64,000 nucleotides of DNA from Reclinomonas americana ATCC 50394 (lineage: Eukaryota): positions 1,798,001-1,862,000 of the forward strand of contig PS015009.1 in assembly GCA_048213135.1 (NCBI GenBank). The letters run 5' to 3'. Shown here in pieces: positions 27,903 through 38,093 of the stretch; the first letter of the stretch is position 1; every line of letters starts with the position of its first letter. A program made the translations under genes and the position numbers. The notes beneath the pieces are model-generated. The model saw only the letters and a list, made by a program, of their open reading frames with translations. It searched no databases and was not told the DNA's origin.

Positions 27903-28367
27903 ATGTCCTGGTACGCAGTATATACCAAACCCCGCTGGGAAAAAAAAGTGAGTGAGGCCCTGCAAAAGAACGGGCTGGAAAGTTACTGCCCGCTTAACCG
28001 GGTGACCCGGCAATGGAGCGACAGGACTAAAAAAGTAGAGATACCCCTCTTCCCTTCCTATGTTTTTGTGAAGGTGGACCAGGTGCGCCAGGCGGAAGTA
28101 AGGATGATAAGCGGCGTGGTAAATTTTGTGTACTGGCTGGGTAAACCCGCAGTGATACGTGACCATGAAATGGAAGGGTTAAAAAAATTTGTAAGCAGTC
28201 ATGATAATATTATAGTGGAAGCGGCACAATACCGTGAAGGCGACAGCTTACTGATAGACCAGGGTGTCTTTAAAGGACAGCAAGCCATTGTACAAAAAGT
28301 AAATAAAAACAAACTGGAGCTCCTGCTCGAAACACTGCAGCTGAAACTGGTAGTGGAACGATCCTGA
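27903..28367 (+). CDS. upxY: UpxY family (NusG paralog) transcription antiterminator
   Basis: WYAVYTKPRWEKKV, RQWSDR.KKVEIPLFPSYVFV, KOW-like GVFKGQ. Confidence 0.92.
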   Translation: MSWYAVYTKPRWEKKVSEALQKNGLESYCPLNRVTRQWSDRTKKVEIPLFPSYVFVKVDQVRQAEVRMISGVVNFVYWLGKPAVIRDHEMEGLKKFVSSHDNIIVEAAQYREGDSLLIDQGVFKGQQAIVQKVNKNKLELLLETLQLKLVVERS

Positions 28368-28393
28368 GCCGGATAAAGAAAAACCTGAATCGT

Positions 28394-29443
28394 ATGCACA
28401 CTATTTTACTGACCGGGGGAGCCGGGTTTATTGGCTCGCACCTCACCCGCTTGTTTGTCAATAAATACCCGGAGTATACCATTGTTAACCTGGATAAACT
28501 AACGTATGCGGGTAACCTCGAAAACCTGAAAGACATAGAAGGGAAACCTAACTATCATTTTGTAAAAGGAGATATTACCGACCTGTCCTTTGTGCAGGAC
28601 CTTTTTGCAAAATATAAATTTACCGCGGTGCTTCACTGTGCGGCTGAAAGTCATGTAGATCGCAGTATTACTGATCCCCTGGCCTTTGTTACCACCAATG
28701 TGCTGGGTACGGTAGCCCTGCTTCACGCGGCCAAAAATGCCTGGAAGGATGATATGGACGGGAAGATATTTTACCACATCTCAACCGATGAAGTGTATGG
28801 TTCGCTGGGTGAAACAGGATTCTTCACCGAAGAAACCCGCTACGACCCCCGCAGCCCTTATTCCGCTTCCAAAGCCTCTTCCGACCATTTTGTAAGGGCG
28901 TTTTACCATACGTATAAACTGCCGGTAAAAATATCGAACTGCAGCAATAACTATGGCCCTTACCATTTTCCCGAAAAACTGATCCCGCTTTGCATCCATA
29001 ATATCATCAACAACAAACCCCTGCCCATTTACGGTAAAGGGGAGAATGTACGCGACTGGCTTTTCGTGGAAGACCACGCCAGGGCTATAGACACCGTTTT
29101 TCATAAAGGAAAGATTGGTGAAACCTACAATATCGGCGGACATAATGAATGGACCAACATCAGCCTGGTGAAAGAACTTTGCAGACAAATGGATGAAAAG
29201 CTGGGCCGCGAAAAAGGGACTTCTGAACAACTGATCACGTATGTTACCGACAGGGCCGGTCATGATCTGCGCTACGCTATCGATGCCACAAAACTGAAAG
29301 AAGAACTGGGCTGGATGCCGAGCCTTCAATTTGAGGAAGGTATCGGTAAAACCATCGACTGGTACCTCGCTAACCGGGAATGGCTGGACGATGTAACCAG
29401 CGGCGCCTACCAGAAGTATTATGATCAGCAATATGGAAATTAA
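28394..29443 (+). CDS. rfbB: dTDP-glucose 4,6-dehydratase
   Basis: TGGAGFIGS, LTYAGN, AAESHVDRSI, STDEVYG, PYSASK. Confidence 0.96.
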   Translation: MHTILLTGGAGFIGSHLTRLFVNKYPEYTIVNLDKLTYAGNLENLKDIEGKPNYHFVKGDITDLSFVQDLFAKYKFTAVLHCAAESHVDRSITDPLAFVTTNVLGTVALLHAAKNAWKDDMDGKIFYHISTDEVYGSLGETGFFTEETRYDPRSPYSASKASSDHFVRAFYHTYKLPVKISNCSNNYGPYHFPEKLIPLCIHNIINNKPLPIYGKGENVRDWLFVEDHARAIDTVFHKGKIGETYNIGGHNEWTNISLVKELCRQMDEKLGREKGTSEQLITYVTDRAGHDLRYAIDATKLKEELGWMPSLQFEEGIGKTIDWYLANREWLDDVTSGAYQKYYDQQYGN

Positions 29444-29475
29444 GAACTGAGCTAAGCCGGGCTGAAAATAAGCTG

Positions 29476-29503
29476 ATTTTTATTTTTGAATTTTTACTTT
29501 TGA
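29476..29503. repeat. Heptamer tandem repeat in the rfbB-rfbA spacer
   Basis: attttta-tttttga-attttta-cttttga. Confidence 0.45.
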
Positions 29504-29551
29504 CTTCAGCGATCTTAAAAGTATTCCTAAATTTTTAATACCCTCTCTTTA

Positions 29552-30415
29552 ATGAAAGGAATCATCCTCGCCGGCGGATCCGGCACACGTTTATACCCGA
29601 TCACGATGGGGATCAGTAAACAACTGATGCCGATCTATGATAAACCCATGATCTATTACCCGCTGAGCACGCTGATGCTGGCAGGGATAAAAGAAATACT
29701 GGTGATCACTACGCCTGAAGACCAGGACCAGTTTAAGCGTTTGCTGGGCGACGGCAGCCAGTGGGGATGTTCAATACAGTACGCCAAACAGGAAGTGCCC
29801 AACGGCCTCGCCCAGGCATTCGTTATAGGAGAGTCGTTTATTGGTTCCGATAGTGTGGCGCTGGTGCTGGGAGATAATATTTTCTATGGCAGCGGGTTCA
29901 GCAAACTGCTGCAACAGAGCGCTGCCGCTGAAGGCGCCGTCATCTTCGCTTATCCTGTGAGCGACCCGGAGCGTTATGGCGTGGTAGAATTCGATGATGC
30001 GTTCAATGCCATCAGTATCGAAGAAAAGCCCCAGAATCCCCGGAGCAACTACGCTGTGCCCGGTTTGTATTTCTATAATAATGAGGTTGTGAATATCGCG
30101 AAGCATATACAACCCAGCGCACGCGGTGAATACGAGATCACGACGGTAAATGACATTTACCTGAAAAATAACAACCTGAAAGTAGCGGTGCTCGACAGGG
30201 GCTTTGCCTGGCTCGATACCGGTACATTCGACAGCCTGAGCGACGCGTCGGAATATGTAAGGGTGATAGAAAAAAGGCAGGGGCTGAAAATTGGCTGCCC
30301 TGAAGAGATCGCCTGGCGTATGGGTTTTATCGATACCGAAAAACTGCTGTCACTGGCCAATGGTCTCAAAAAGAGCGGCTATGGCGATTACCTGTTAAAC
30401 CTGCCCAAAAAATAA
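29552..30415 (+). CDS. rfbA: Glucose-1-phosphate thymidylyltransferase
   Basis: [43 protein letters not shown]. Confidence 0.97.
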   Translation: MKGIILAGGSGTRLYPITMGISKQLMPIYDKPMIYYPLSTLMLAGIKEILVITTPEDQDQFKRLLGDGSQWGCSIQYAKQEVPNGLAQAFVIGESFIGSDSVALVLGDNIFYGSGFSKLLQQSAAAEGAVIFAYPVSDPERYGVVEFDDAFNAISIEEKPQNPRSNYAVPGLYFYNNEVVNIAKHIQPSARGEYEITTVNDIYLKNNNLKVAVLDRGFAWLDTGTFDSLSDASEYVRVIEKRQGLKIGCPEEIAWRMGFIDTEKLLSLANGLKKSGYGDYLLNLPKK

Positions 30416-30417
30416 GT

Positions 30418-30990
30418 ATGGGCTATTACGCACACCCTACCGCGGTTATTGATGAAGGATGCCTGATCGGCGACGATACCAAAGTGTGGCATTTTTCTCA
30501 TATTATGCCCGGTGCTGTTATTGGCGCCAACTGTAATCTTGGGCAGAATGTGATGATTGCTTCGGGTGTGGTATTGGGCAATGGAGTGAAGATACAGAAC
30601 AATGTAAGCGTGTATGAAGGCGTAACCTGTGAAGATGAGGTGTTCCTGGGGCCCGGGGTGGTACTCACCAATGTGATCAATCCCCGCAGCGCCGTAAACC
30701 GTAAGCAGGAATACCTTCCCACTCTCCTGAAGAAAGGAGCGACCATAGGTGCTAATGCCACCATTGTTTGTGGTCATACGATCGGCGAATACGCATTTAT
30801 TGGTGCGGGTGCTGTCGTTACTAAAGATGTTCCGGCCTACGGACTGGTGTATGGCAATCCCGCCATGCAAACCGGGTGGATGAGTGAACAGGGGCACCAG
30901 CTTCATTTTGATAAGAACAACATCGCCGTTTGCCCGGGGAACGGCCAGCAATACCAGTTAAACGGAAATATCGTAAAACGACTGAACTAG
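30418..30990 (+). CDS. wbpD: WbpD/WlbB-like hexapeptide-repeat N-acetyltransferase
   Basis: Left-handed beta-helix repeats; [27 protein letters not shown]. Confidence 0.85.
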   Translation: MGYYAHPTAVIDEGCLIGDDTKVWHFSHIMPGAVIGANCNLGQNVMIASGVVLGNGVKIQNNVSVYEGVTCEDEVFLGPGVVLTNVINPRSAVNRKQEYLPTLLKKGATIGANATIVCGHTIGEYAFIGAGAVVTKDVPAYGLVYGNPAMQTGWMSEQGHQLHFDKNNIAVCPGNGQQYQLNGNIVKRLN

Positions 30991-30994
30991 GCAA

Positions 30995-31885
30995 GTGAAA
31001 AACTTCATACTCATAGGCGTAGGCGGTTATATCGCTCCCCGGCATCTTGAGGCCATCAGGAGTACCGGCAATAATTTGCTGGCAGCCCTGGATAAACATG
31101 ACTCGGTAGGTGTACTGGACAGTTATTTTCCGCGGGCGGATTTCTTTACGGAATTCGAACGTTTCGACAGGCATATCGATAAAATAAAAAGACAAGGTAC
31201 TAAAATAGATTACCTCAGTGTATGCAGCCCGAATTACCTCCACGATGCCCATATCCGTTTCGGACTGCGTATAGGCGCCGACGTCATCTGCGAAAAACCG
31301 GTGGTGCTGAATCCCTGGAATGTGGAAGCTTTGATGGAAATGGAAAAGGAAACCGGGAGGAAGGTCAACGGTATCCTGCAGTTGCGGTTGCATCCTGCCA
31401 TTATAGAACTGAAAAGGAAAGTAGAGAGCAGCGATGCCGGCCAGGTTTTCAAAGTCGATCTTAATTACATCACATCACGTGGTAACTGGTATCACCACAG
31501 CTGGAAAGGGGATGAACAGAAAAGCGGAGGTATCGCCACCAATATTGGGGTTCATTTTTTTGATATGCTGCAATGGATATTCGGCAGTGCGGAAAGCAGC
31601 CATGTGATCCGTAAGGATGCCAGAACTGTATCGGGATCACTTGTATTGAAAAAAGCAGAAGTGAACTGGCTGTTGAGTATCGACGAACAACAATTGCCCG
31701 GCGATGTACGCTCGGCCGGAAAACCATACTGGCGAAGCCTTAAGGTTGATAATGAAGTGATCGATTTTAGCGAGGGCATGCCAGATCTGCATATAAAAAG
31801 TTACGAAAGCATACTGAATGGAAACGGGTATAGTCTCGCGGATTGCTTACCGGCGATACAGATGGTACAGCGGTTGCGTCTATGA
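30995..31885 (+). CDS. wbpB: WbpB/WlbA-like UDP-GlcNAcA 3-dehydrogenase (Gfo/Idh/MocA family)
   Basis: GYIAPRHL, FFTEFERFDRH, CSPNYLHDAHIR, CEKP, SGGIATNIGVHFFDML; GTG start. Confidence 0.88.
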   Translation: MKNFILIGVGGYIAPRHLEAIRSTGNNLLAALDKHDSVGVLDSYFPRADFFTEFERFDRHIDKIKRQGTKIDYLSVCSPNYLHDAHIRFGLRIGADVICEKPVVLNPWNVEALMEMEKETGRKVNGILQLRLHPAIIELKRKVESSDAGQVFKVDLNYITSRGNWYHHSWKGDEQKSGGIATNIGVHFFDMLQWIFGSAESSHVIRKDARTVSGSLVLKKAEVNWLLSIDEQQLPGDVRSAGKPYWRSLKVDNEVIDFSEGMPDLHIKSYESILNGNGYSLADCLPAIQMVQRLRL

Positions 31886-31930
31886 CCGCGGAAATGGATC
31901 AACATCAGTAGCGATAATTAAATACAGTTA

Positions 31931-32638
31931 ATGAGTACGAAATCATTTAATCACGATATACCGGCCTATAACACACAGTCGGCATCGGTTATTCTTCCTT
32001 TTCTTACCGGGCAGTTCCCGATCAGGAGTATTGTTGATATTGGCTGCGGTATTGGTACCTGGCTCGCCATAGCCAGGGAAAAAGGGATTGAAGATGTAAT
32101 AGGTGTTGATGGCGCTTATGTGAAGAAAGAGCTGTTGCATATATCGCCTGATTTATTCATGGAACACGATCTTTCCGGGCCTTTCGATCTTGGAAGAAAG
32201 TTTGACATCGCCTTTTGCCTGGAAGTGGCGGAACATATTGATGATGCAAAGGCTGATCATTTAATAGACTCTATCGTACGTCACGCCGATCTTGTTCTCT
32301 TTTCGGCTGCTGTACCGGGTCAGACCGGGGATGGACACATCAATGAACAATGGGTTGATCACTGGGTGAAAAAGTTTGCAGCCCGTGATTACCTGTTCTA
32401 TGACCTGGTGCGTCCCGTTTTCTGGAATCATCCGGCGGTGGAATGGTGGTATAAACAAAACATGTTTATCGTTGCCAGGAAAGGCCACCTCGCTTTCCCG
32501 CCTGCCGAAAATATCAACCAGTACATTCATCCCGATCTGTACAAACGTTATGTAAACGACCTGGATAAATACCAGTCAGGAAAAATATCCGCGTTACAGG
32601 GAATTAAAACATTCGTTAAATCACTTATCAGATCTTAA
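31931..32638 (+). CDS. Class I SAM-dependent methyltransferase (glycan O-methyltransferase-like)
   Basis: VDIGCGIGTWL, CLEVAEH, FSAAVPGQ.G.GHINEQ. Confidence 0.85.
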   Translation: MSTKSFNHDIPAYNTQSASVILPFLTGQFPIRSIVDIGCGIGTWLAIAREKGIEDVIGVDGAYVKKELLHISPDLFMEHDLSGPFDLGRKFDIAFCLEVAEHIDDAKADHLIDSIVRHADLVLFSAAVPGQTGDGHINEQWVDHWVKKFAARDYLFYDLVRPVFWNHPAVEWWYKQNMFIVARKGHLAFPPAENINQYIHPDLYKRYVNDLDKYQSGKISALQGIKTFVKSLIRS

Positions 32639-32687
32639 TTGCAACAAGCCCGATCATAGTAATTGCAATAAGAACAGAAGTCCATAC

Positions 32688-33683
32688 ATGCATCAGACAA
32701 CGAAAGGCGTTTCCGTAGTATTATGTTGTTATAACAGCGCAGGCAGGTTGCCCGATACATTGGGCCACCTTTTTGTACAGGAAGTACCAGCGGGGTTACC
32801 ATGGGAAATCATTGTGGTAGATAACAACTCCACCGATGATACAGCCGCGGTAGCTTTGCGATGCAGGGAAGACAACGGAAGAAAAATGCCTTTTCATATT
32901 GTGAAACAACCTGCTCCCGGTCTCTCCAACGCGAGGGATAAAGGCGTGGAGGAAGCCGGATATGATTATATCCTTTTTTGCGATGATGATAACTGGCTTG
33001 ACCCGCATTATGTAGCTAATGCTTTTGCAGCGATGGAAGCAGGGCCGGATATTGGAGTTATGGGAGGACTGGCCATTGCGGAACCACAACCGCCTCTGCC
33101 AGCCTGGTTTGAGAAACGGATATCGCATTATGCTGTGGGCGACCAGGCCCGTTTTGCCGCTGATGGATGGGTGTATGGAGCAGGAAGTATCTGCAGAAAA
33201 CAGGTGCTTACAGGACTGAAAGAAAAAGGCTGGCGGCAGGTAACATCCGACCGTTTGGGTGATGTATACCTGTATGGAGGCGATAACGAAATCTGTTATA
33301 TGACGAAGTTGCTGGGCAACAGAATCGTATACAATGAAACGCTTACTTTCCGGCATTTCATTCCGCAGGAAAGGCTGCATGAACAGTATATTGAGAAAAG
33401 CGCATACGGGTCTTACCTGTCCGAGTTTTTCCTGTATCCTTATTTTTATTACCTGAGCAAAAGGTTTTCCAGGAAATCGGCATTGGGGTTCTTTATTTTC
33501 TTCGTAGTATACTACGGAAAAAATCTGCTGGAAGCATCGGATAAAAGAATATTTTCCCGGGGAGGAGACGCTTACCAGGTTACCATGAATAAGCTCCGGC
33601 TCAGGGCTGCATTGAAATTCCTACCCAATACCGGGAAAGTATTCAGGCAATTCAGGCTGATACGAAAGATATTACGAAGCTGA
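32688..33683 (+). CDS. Glycosyltransferase family 2
   Basis: SVVLCCYN, VVDNNSTD, GLSNAR, FCDDD. Confidence 0.9.
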   Translation: MHQTTKGVSVVLCCYNSAGRLPDTLGHLFVQEVPAGLPWEIIVVDNNSTDDTAAVALRCREDNGRKMPFHIVKQPAPGLSNARDKGVEEAGYDYILFCDDDNWLDPHYVANAFAAMEAGPDIGVMGGLAIAEPQPPLPAWFEKRISHYAVGDQARFAADGWVYGAGSICRKQVLTGLKEKGWRQVTSDRLGDVYLYGGDNEICYMTKLLGNRIVYNETLTFRHFIPQERLHEQYIEKSAYGSYLSEFFLYPYFYYLSKRFSRKSALGFFIFFVVYYGKNLLEASDKRIFSRGGDAYQVTMNKLRLRAALKFLPNTGKVFRQFRLIRKILRS

Positions 33684-35126
33684 TCAGCTCTTCCTGATCT
33701 TCTGCATGAACAATTGATAGAATTGCAGAAGGGTTTTCCGGAATACGACGATAACGACAGCGACAACGGTCACGAACTGAAGTATACCACTTACATTATA
33801 CGACAGGATGTTTTTCCAGCTCAGGAACCAGAAACCGGTGATGATGATCACGAAAAGCAGCAGGATGGAAAAATTGCTTTTTTCGAAAGGCATATCCATC
33901 GATTTCCTGGCAAAGTAAAAAATCACCAGCGTGCTGATGAACCTGGCCAGGCAACTGGAAATGACAGCTCCCCAGATGCCGAACTGTGGTATCAGTAAAC
34001 TGTTGATCAGGAGACTCGAAGCCAGCAGGTAAATGCCGATATAAATAAAGTAGTGTGATTTCTTAGCATAAATTACCTGGAAGTTGATGATGTAGAATAT
34101 CGAGGAAAAGATATATCCCATCGTCATTATAGACAGGTAATTCAATATTTCGAGATATCCCTTGTTGGAAATGAATAAGCTGAGATTAGAACCTGCCATG
34201 ATCACAAACGAGATCATACATACGGAAAGCAGGATGAATATTTTGTAGAGTTTTTGTACGCCGGCTTTATTGTCAGCTTTGAAGAAGTCGAAAATAAAAG
34301 GCTGTAATGCAGAGCCCAGCGCGAAGTAACCCATCTCCGTGAGCGAGGTAATAGTGGACAGCAGGCTGTAAACGCCGAGAGATTTCAGATCGATAAAGCG
34401 TTCGATAAAGAAACGGTCGCTATAATTGGTGATCCAGTTGATGCAGGAAGAAAGAATGGTTGTTACGGAATACTGTAAAGATGGCCGGATGTATTTTTTG
34501 AATTCGATTTTCACGAAAAAGTACCGGCGCTGAAAAAGGATGACCAATAGGGTAGTTACGGCGACTGCGATAACACGGGCCATCAATGTGCCGGTAATGC
34601 CCTTTTGCAGATAAACAATAAATACATATTGCAAAACGGTATTGAGGATGAACAGGAACACCGTGATAAGAGCGAATCGTCCCAGTCTTCGCTCGAATTT
34701 CATGAAATAAAGATACCCGGTAACGATATTGGTGAGCAAGCCATAAATAATAACGAGCAGGCCATTGGGATAAAAATCGATATCCTCCTTAAAAATGATC
34801 TTAAAAAGGAGCGGGCCAAGAAGGCACATCAAACCGGTGAAAATAACACTGGTGTAAAAAATAAAGGAAAGAATATTACCCATGTACCGGTTAAGCGAAT
34901 CCTTTGAGTCGTTATATGAACTGTAAAAGGCGATTATGGCGTTTACAAGATTCAACCCGCCGATAATGGCAAAGAAAACATTAAGGTTATTAAGCACGGA
35001 AAATGTTCCGTATTCTGACTCAGGGAAGAATTTTGTATAAACGGGTAAGAGGATAAAGTTGGAGAGCGGCTGAAGTAAAGACAGGAAACTATACACTACA
35101 ATCGCCAGGAATATCTGCTTTTTCAT
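33684..35126 (-). CDS. wzx: Wzx-type oligosaccharide flippase, counter-oriented
   Basis: Many TM segments; FILLPVYTKF...EYG, SDRFFI, LGVYS, LIPQFGIWGA. Confidence 0.85.
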   Translation of the reverse strand: MKKQIFLAIVVYSFLSLLQPLSNFILLPVYTKFFPESEYGTFSVLNNLNVFFAIIGGLNLVNAIIAFYSSYNDSKDSLNRYMGNILSFIFYTSVIFTGLMCLLGPLLFKIIFKEDIDFYPNGLLVIIYGLLTNIVTGYLYFMKFERRLGRFALITVFLFILNTVLQYVFIVYLQKGITGTLMARVIAVAVTTLLVILFQRRYFFVKIEFKKYIRPSLQYSVTTILSSCINWITNYSDRFFIERFIDLKSLGVYSLLSTITSLTEMGYFALGSALQPFIFDFFKADNKAGVQKLYKIFILLSVCMISFVIMAGSNLSLFISNKGYLEILNYLSIMTMGYIFSSIFYIINFQVIYAKKSHYFIYIGIYLLASSLLINSLLIPQFGIWGAVISSCLARFISTLVIFYFARKSMDMPFEKSNFSILLLFVIIITGFWFLSWKNILSYNVSGILQFVTVVAVVIVVFRKTLLQFYQLFMQKIRKS

Positions 35127-35152
35127 GAATCCTTTAATTAGCCTTTAATTTA

Positions 35153-35160
35153 TACATTTG
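35153..35160 (+). promoter_or_regulatory. Bacteroidota -7 promoter element
   Basis: TACATTTG upstream of the FkbM gene at 35243. Confidence 0.55.
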
Positions 35161-35242
35161 CAAACTTACATATTAAGTTGTCATTTATTTATAAATCAGA
35201 TGTTATCGTGCCTGGAAGTTAAAGTGAGGGCGATTTAAAATT

Positions 35243-36034
35243 ATGATCAGATCAAAACTTATTAAAAAAATCGGGTACCGGCTGCTGGATATCCTTACCC
35301 TGAAAAAAGGGATTCCTGTACGGATCAATGGCCTCAGGTTAAAATTACCAACCTATTATTTCCGTCTTTTTCCCGCAGATTATGAAAAGGATAATTTCAA
35401 TTATATACAGTCTGTTGTACAGGAAGGAGACTGGGTCCTTGATATAGGGGCTCATATCGGACTGATGGCGGTAGTGCTGGGTACCAAAGTAAAACCGGGC
35501 GGACGTGTATTCTCGTTCGAACCCACGCCGGCATCCTATAAGGTACTTTGCCAGACGGTCAGTATCAATGGGCTTGGCAACATCGTAAAACCTGTTAACG
35601 CGGCTGTAAGTGACAGTTCCGGCCAGGCATCCTTTTATATTTCAGATACGGCCGTAGATGTGGGCAATTCGCTGGTGAAGTATGGTAATGATAAAGTGCT
35701 GAAACCGATCAGCATCGTCATGATCAGCATTGATGATTTTGTGAAGAAGGAAAATATCAACCGGCTTGACTTTCTGAAAATAGACGCTGAAGGGGTAGAA
35801 TATAAAGTGTTGAAAGGAGGTATGCAGACCCTTAGCAAATTCAGGCCAAGGGTCATCCTGGCGCTGCACCCGGAAGCCATCAGGGCCAATGGTGATTCAC
35901 AGGAGGAGATATATACATTGATAAAAGAAGCGGGTTATACGGTTATGTATGAAGGAAAGGAACTGGATAAAACAGGATTCTGCTGCATAGATTCCCTGTT
36001 CGACGTGCATTTGATCCCCGGAAAGGCGATTTAA
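35243..36034 (+). CDS. FkbM family methyltransferase
   Basis: LDIGAHIG, SFEP, LKIDAEGVE. Confidence 0.9.
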   Translation: MIRSKLIKKIGYRLLDILTLKKGIPVRINGLRLKLPTYYFRLFPADYEKDNFNYIQSVVQEGDWVLDIGAHIGLMAVVLGTKVKPGGRVFSFEPTPASYKVLCQTVSINGLGNIVKPVNAAVSDSSGQASFYISDTAVDVGNSLVKYGNDKVLKPISIVMISIDDFVKKENINRLDFLKIDAEGVEYKVLKGGMQTLSKFRPRVILALHPEAIRANGDSQEEIYTLIKEAGYTVMYEGKELDKTGFCCIDSLFDVHLIPGKAI

Positions 36035-36036
36035 AA

Positions 36037-37155
36037 ATGAAGATACTTATTTACTCGCCCAGCAATCTCAGGGCTGTTGATCAGCAGTCACAGGCTATAC
36101 TGTTCAAAAAAATGGGACATACCCCCGTGTTGTTGACCTGGCTGCCCGAGGGAGACCTGCACCGGAATTTCCGGCAACATGGGTTTGAAACGTACAGTGC
36201 CGAAAGTGTGAAAGGCAGGAGGGGTGTTTTTTTTATAAGACAGGTGCTTTTCATGATCCGCTTTTGTAAAGAACACAAGATTGATGTCGTATTCAGCCAC
36301 CTGCAAAACTGTGCGATCGTAACCGGGCTTGCCCGTTTTTTCATGAAAACGAAAGTGGTGTATGTAAGGCACCACAATCAATATGTTGGTGTAAACAACT
36401 CCTGGAAAGAACGTTTTCAGAACTGGCTGGCCAACCGGCTGTCTCCCCGCATCATGGCCATTTCCAGGGGTGTACAGGAACAGTTGCAACGTGAAGGCGT
36501 GCCTTTAAAAAAGATCGCGAGGATCAATCTCTGTTACGATTTTAAGGAATACGCAGGAGAGTCTACCAACAAATACCCGGAAGTAAAAGCAGCAATCGCT
36601 TCAGACCTCACCCTATTATATGTGGGCCGGCTCACTCCCGTAAAAAGACATACCCTGGCATTTGAAGTGGCAAAGGAACTGAGGTTGAAAGGCATCAACG
36701 CGAAACTGGTTTGTATTGGTGGAGGTGAACTGGAAGCGGAGCTGAAGCAATACATCAGCAGGAATGATATGGAAGGCTACGTTGAACTGAAAGGATTTGT
36801 GACCAATGTATTTGATTATATAAAAGCGGCTGACCTGCTGCTGCTGCTGTCTGAATCTGAAGCAAGCAGTCACATGATCAAGGAGGCGGGCATCAACGGT
36901 AAAACGATCATCGCCTGTAAACATGTCGGCGATTTTGACGACTATATTACGCCCGGGCAAAATGGGTTCCTGGTAGATAAGGAAAACCCTGTTCCCGATA
37001 CCGTAGCGGTGCTGGAAGAATTGTACAGGCAAAAAGAAAGCCTGCCCGAACTGGGCAGGCGTTTGCAAGAAACCGTATATCATCATTTTAGTGTAGAGGG
37101 AGATTTCCCGGAACGCTATTCACAATTATTCAAAGAACTGAACTTACAAGTATGA
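36037..37155 (+). CDS. Glycosyltransferase family 4
   Basis: YVGRLTPVKRH; EX7E-type segment EASSHMIKE. Confidence 0.82.
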   Translation: MKILIYSPSNLRAVDQQSQAILFKKMGHTPVLLTWLPEGDLHRNFRQHGFETYSAESVKGRRGVFFIRQVLFMIRFCKEHKIDVVFSHLQNCAIVTGLARFFMKTKVVYVRHHNQYVGVNNSWKERFQNWLANRLSPRIMAISRGVQEQLQREGVPLKKIARINLCYDFKEYAGESTNKYPEVKAAIASDLTLLYVGRLTPVKRHTLAFEVAKELRLKGINAKLVCIGGGELEAELKQYISRNDMEGYVELKGFVTNVFDYIKAADLLLLLSESEASSHMIKEAGINGKTIIACKHVGDFDDYITPGQNGFLVDKENPVPDTVAVLEELYRQKESLPELGRRLQETVYHHFSVEGDFPERYSQLFKELNLQV

Positions 37156-38093
37156 AAAAAATCCTGGTAACAGGCGGCGCCGGAAACGTAGGCGGAGCAC
37201 TGGTAAAAAAACTTATCCAAAATAAGGACAACTATGTGATCATTGTCGACAGCCTCGTAACGGGCGCTATGCATAAACTTCCTTTTGGCCAGTCTACAGG
37301 CGATAACTGGAAATTCATCAAAGGTGATGTGAACGAGTTCAGGGATATTTCGCCTGTAATGACCAGGTACGGTTTTGATTACGTCTTCCATTACGCGGCG
37401 CTTGTAGGGGTTCAGCGTACACTCGACAATCCTACCCGGGTACTTGATGATATCCAGGGCATTAAAAATATGCTGGACCTGTCAAAGAATACAGGTGTAA
37501 AAAGGATATTCTTTTCCTCCTCATCGGAAGTATATGGCGAGCCGGTTGAATTCCCGCAAAATGAAGATACCACGCCATTGAATTCCAAGCTCCCTTACGC
37601 AATTGTAAAGAATGTGGGAGAGGCGTTTCTGAAATCCTATAAAAAGGCATACAACCTCGACTTCACAATCTTTCGCTTTTTCAATACATATGGTCCCGAC
37701 CAGAGCCAGGATTTTGTTATGTCGAAATTCATTAACGCCGCGCTGCGTAATCAGCCCATCACCCTTTATGGCGACGGATCCCAAAGCCGTACGTTCTGCT
37801 ATGTTGATGACAATATTGAGGCAACTACCAACGCTTTGTACAATGATCTTTTTGTGAACGACATCGTAAATATTGGATCGGATGACGAGATGAGCATTAA
37901 ACAACTCGCGGAAAGGATCATCGCCATTACCGGCTCTTCTTCGGAAATTATTCACCTGCCGGCACTGACAGAAGGTGATATGACACGCCGGAAGCCCGAT
38001 AACAGTAAAATGAAAAGCCTGCTTAACCGCAAACTGGTAACTACTGATGAGGGCATACAGAAAATGGTAGAACATATAAAACAAAGTCTATAA
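37152..38093 (+). CDS. NAD-dependent nucleotide-sugar epimerase/dehydratase
   Basis: TGGAGNVG, SSSEVYG, YAIVK (YxxxK), FNTYGP. Confidence 0.9.
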   Translation: MKKILVTGGAGNVGGALVKKLIQNKDNYVIIVDSLVTGAMHKLPFGQSTGDNWKFIKGDVNEFRDISPVMTRYGFDYVFHYAALVGVQRTLDNPTRVLDDIQGIKNMLDLSKNTGVKRIFFSSSSEVYGEPVEFPQNEDTTPLNSKLPYAIVKNVGEAFLKSYKKAYNLDFTIFRFFNTYGPDQSQDFVMSKFINAALRNQPITLYGDGSQSRTFCYVDDNIEATTNALYNDLFVNDIVNIGSDDEMSIKQLAERIIAITGSSSEIIHLPALTEGDMTRRKPDNSKMKSLLNRKLVTTDEGIQKMVEHIKQSL

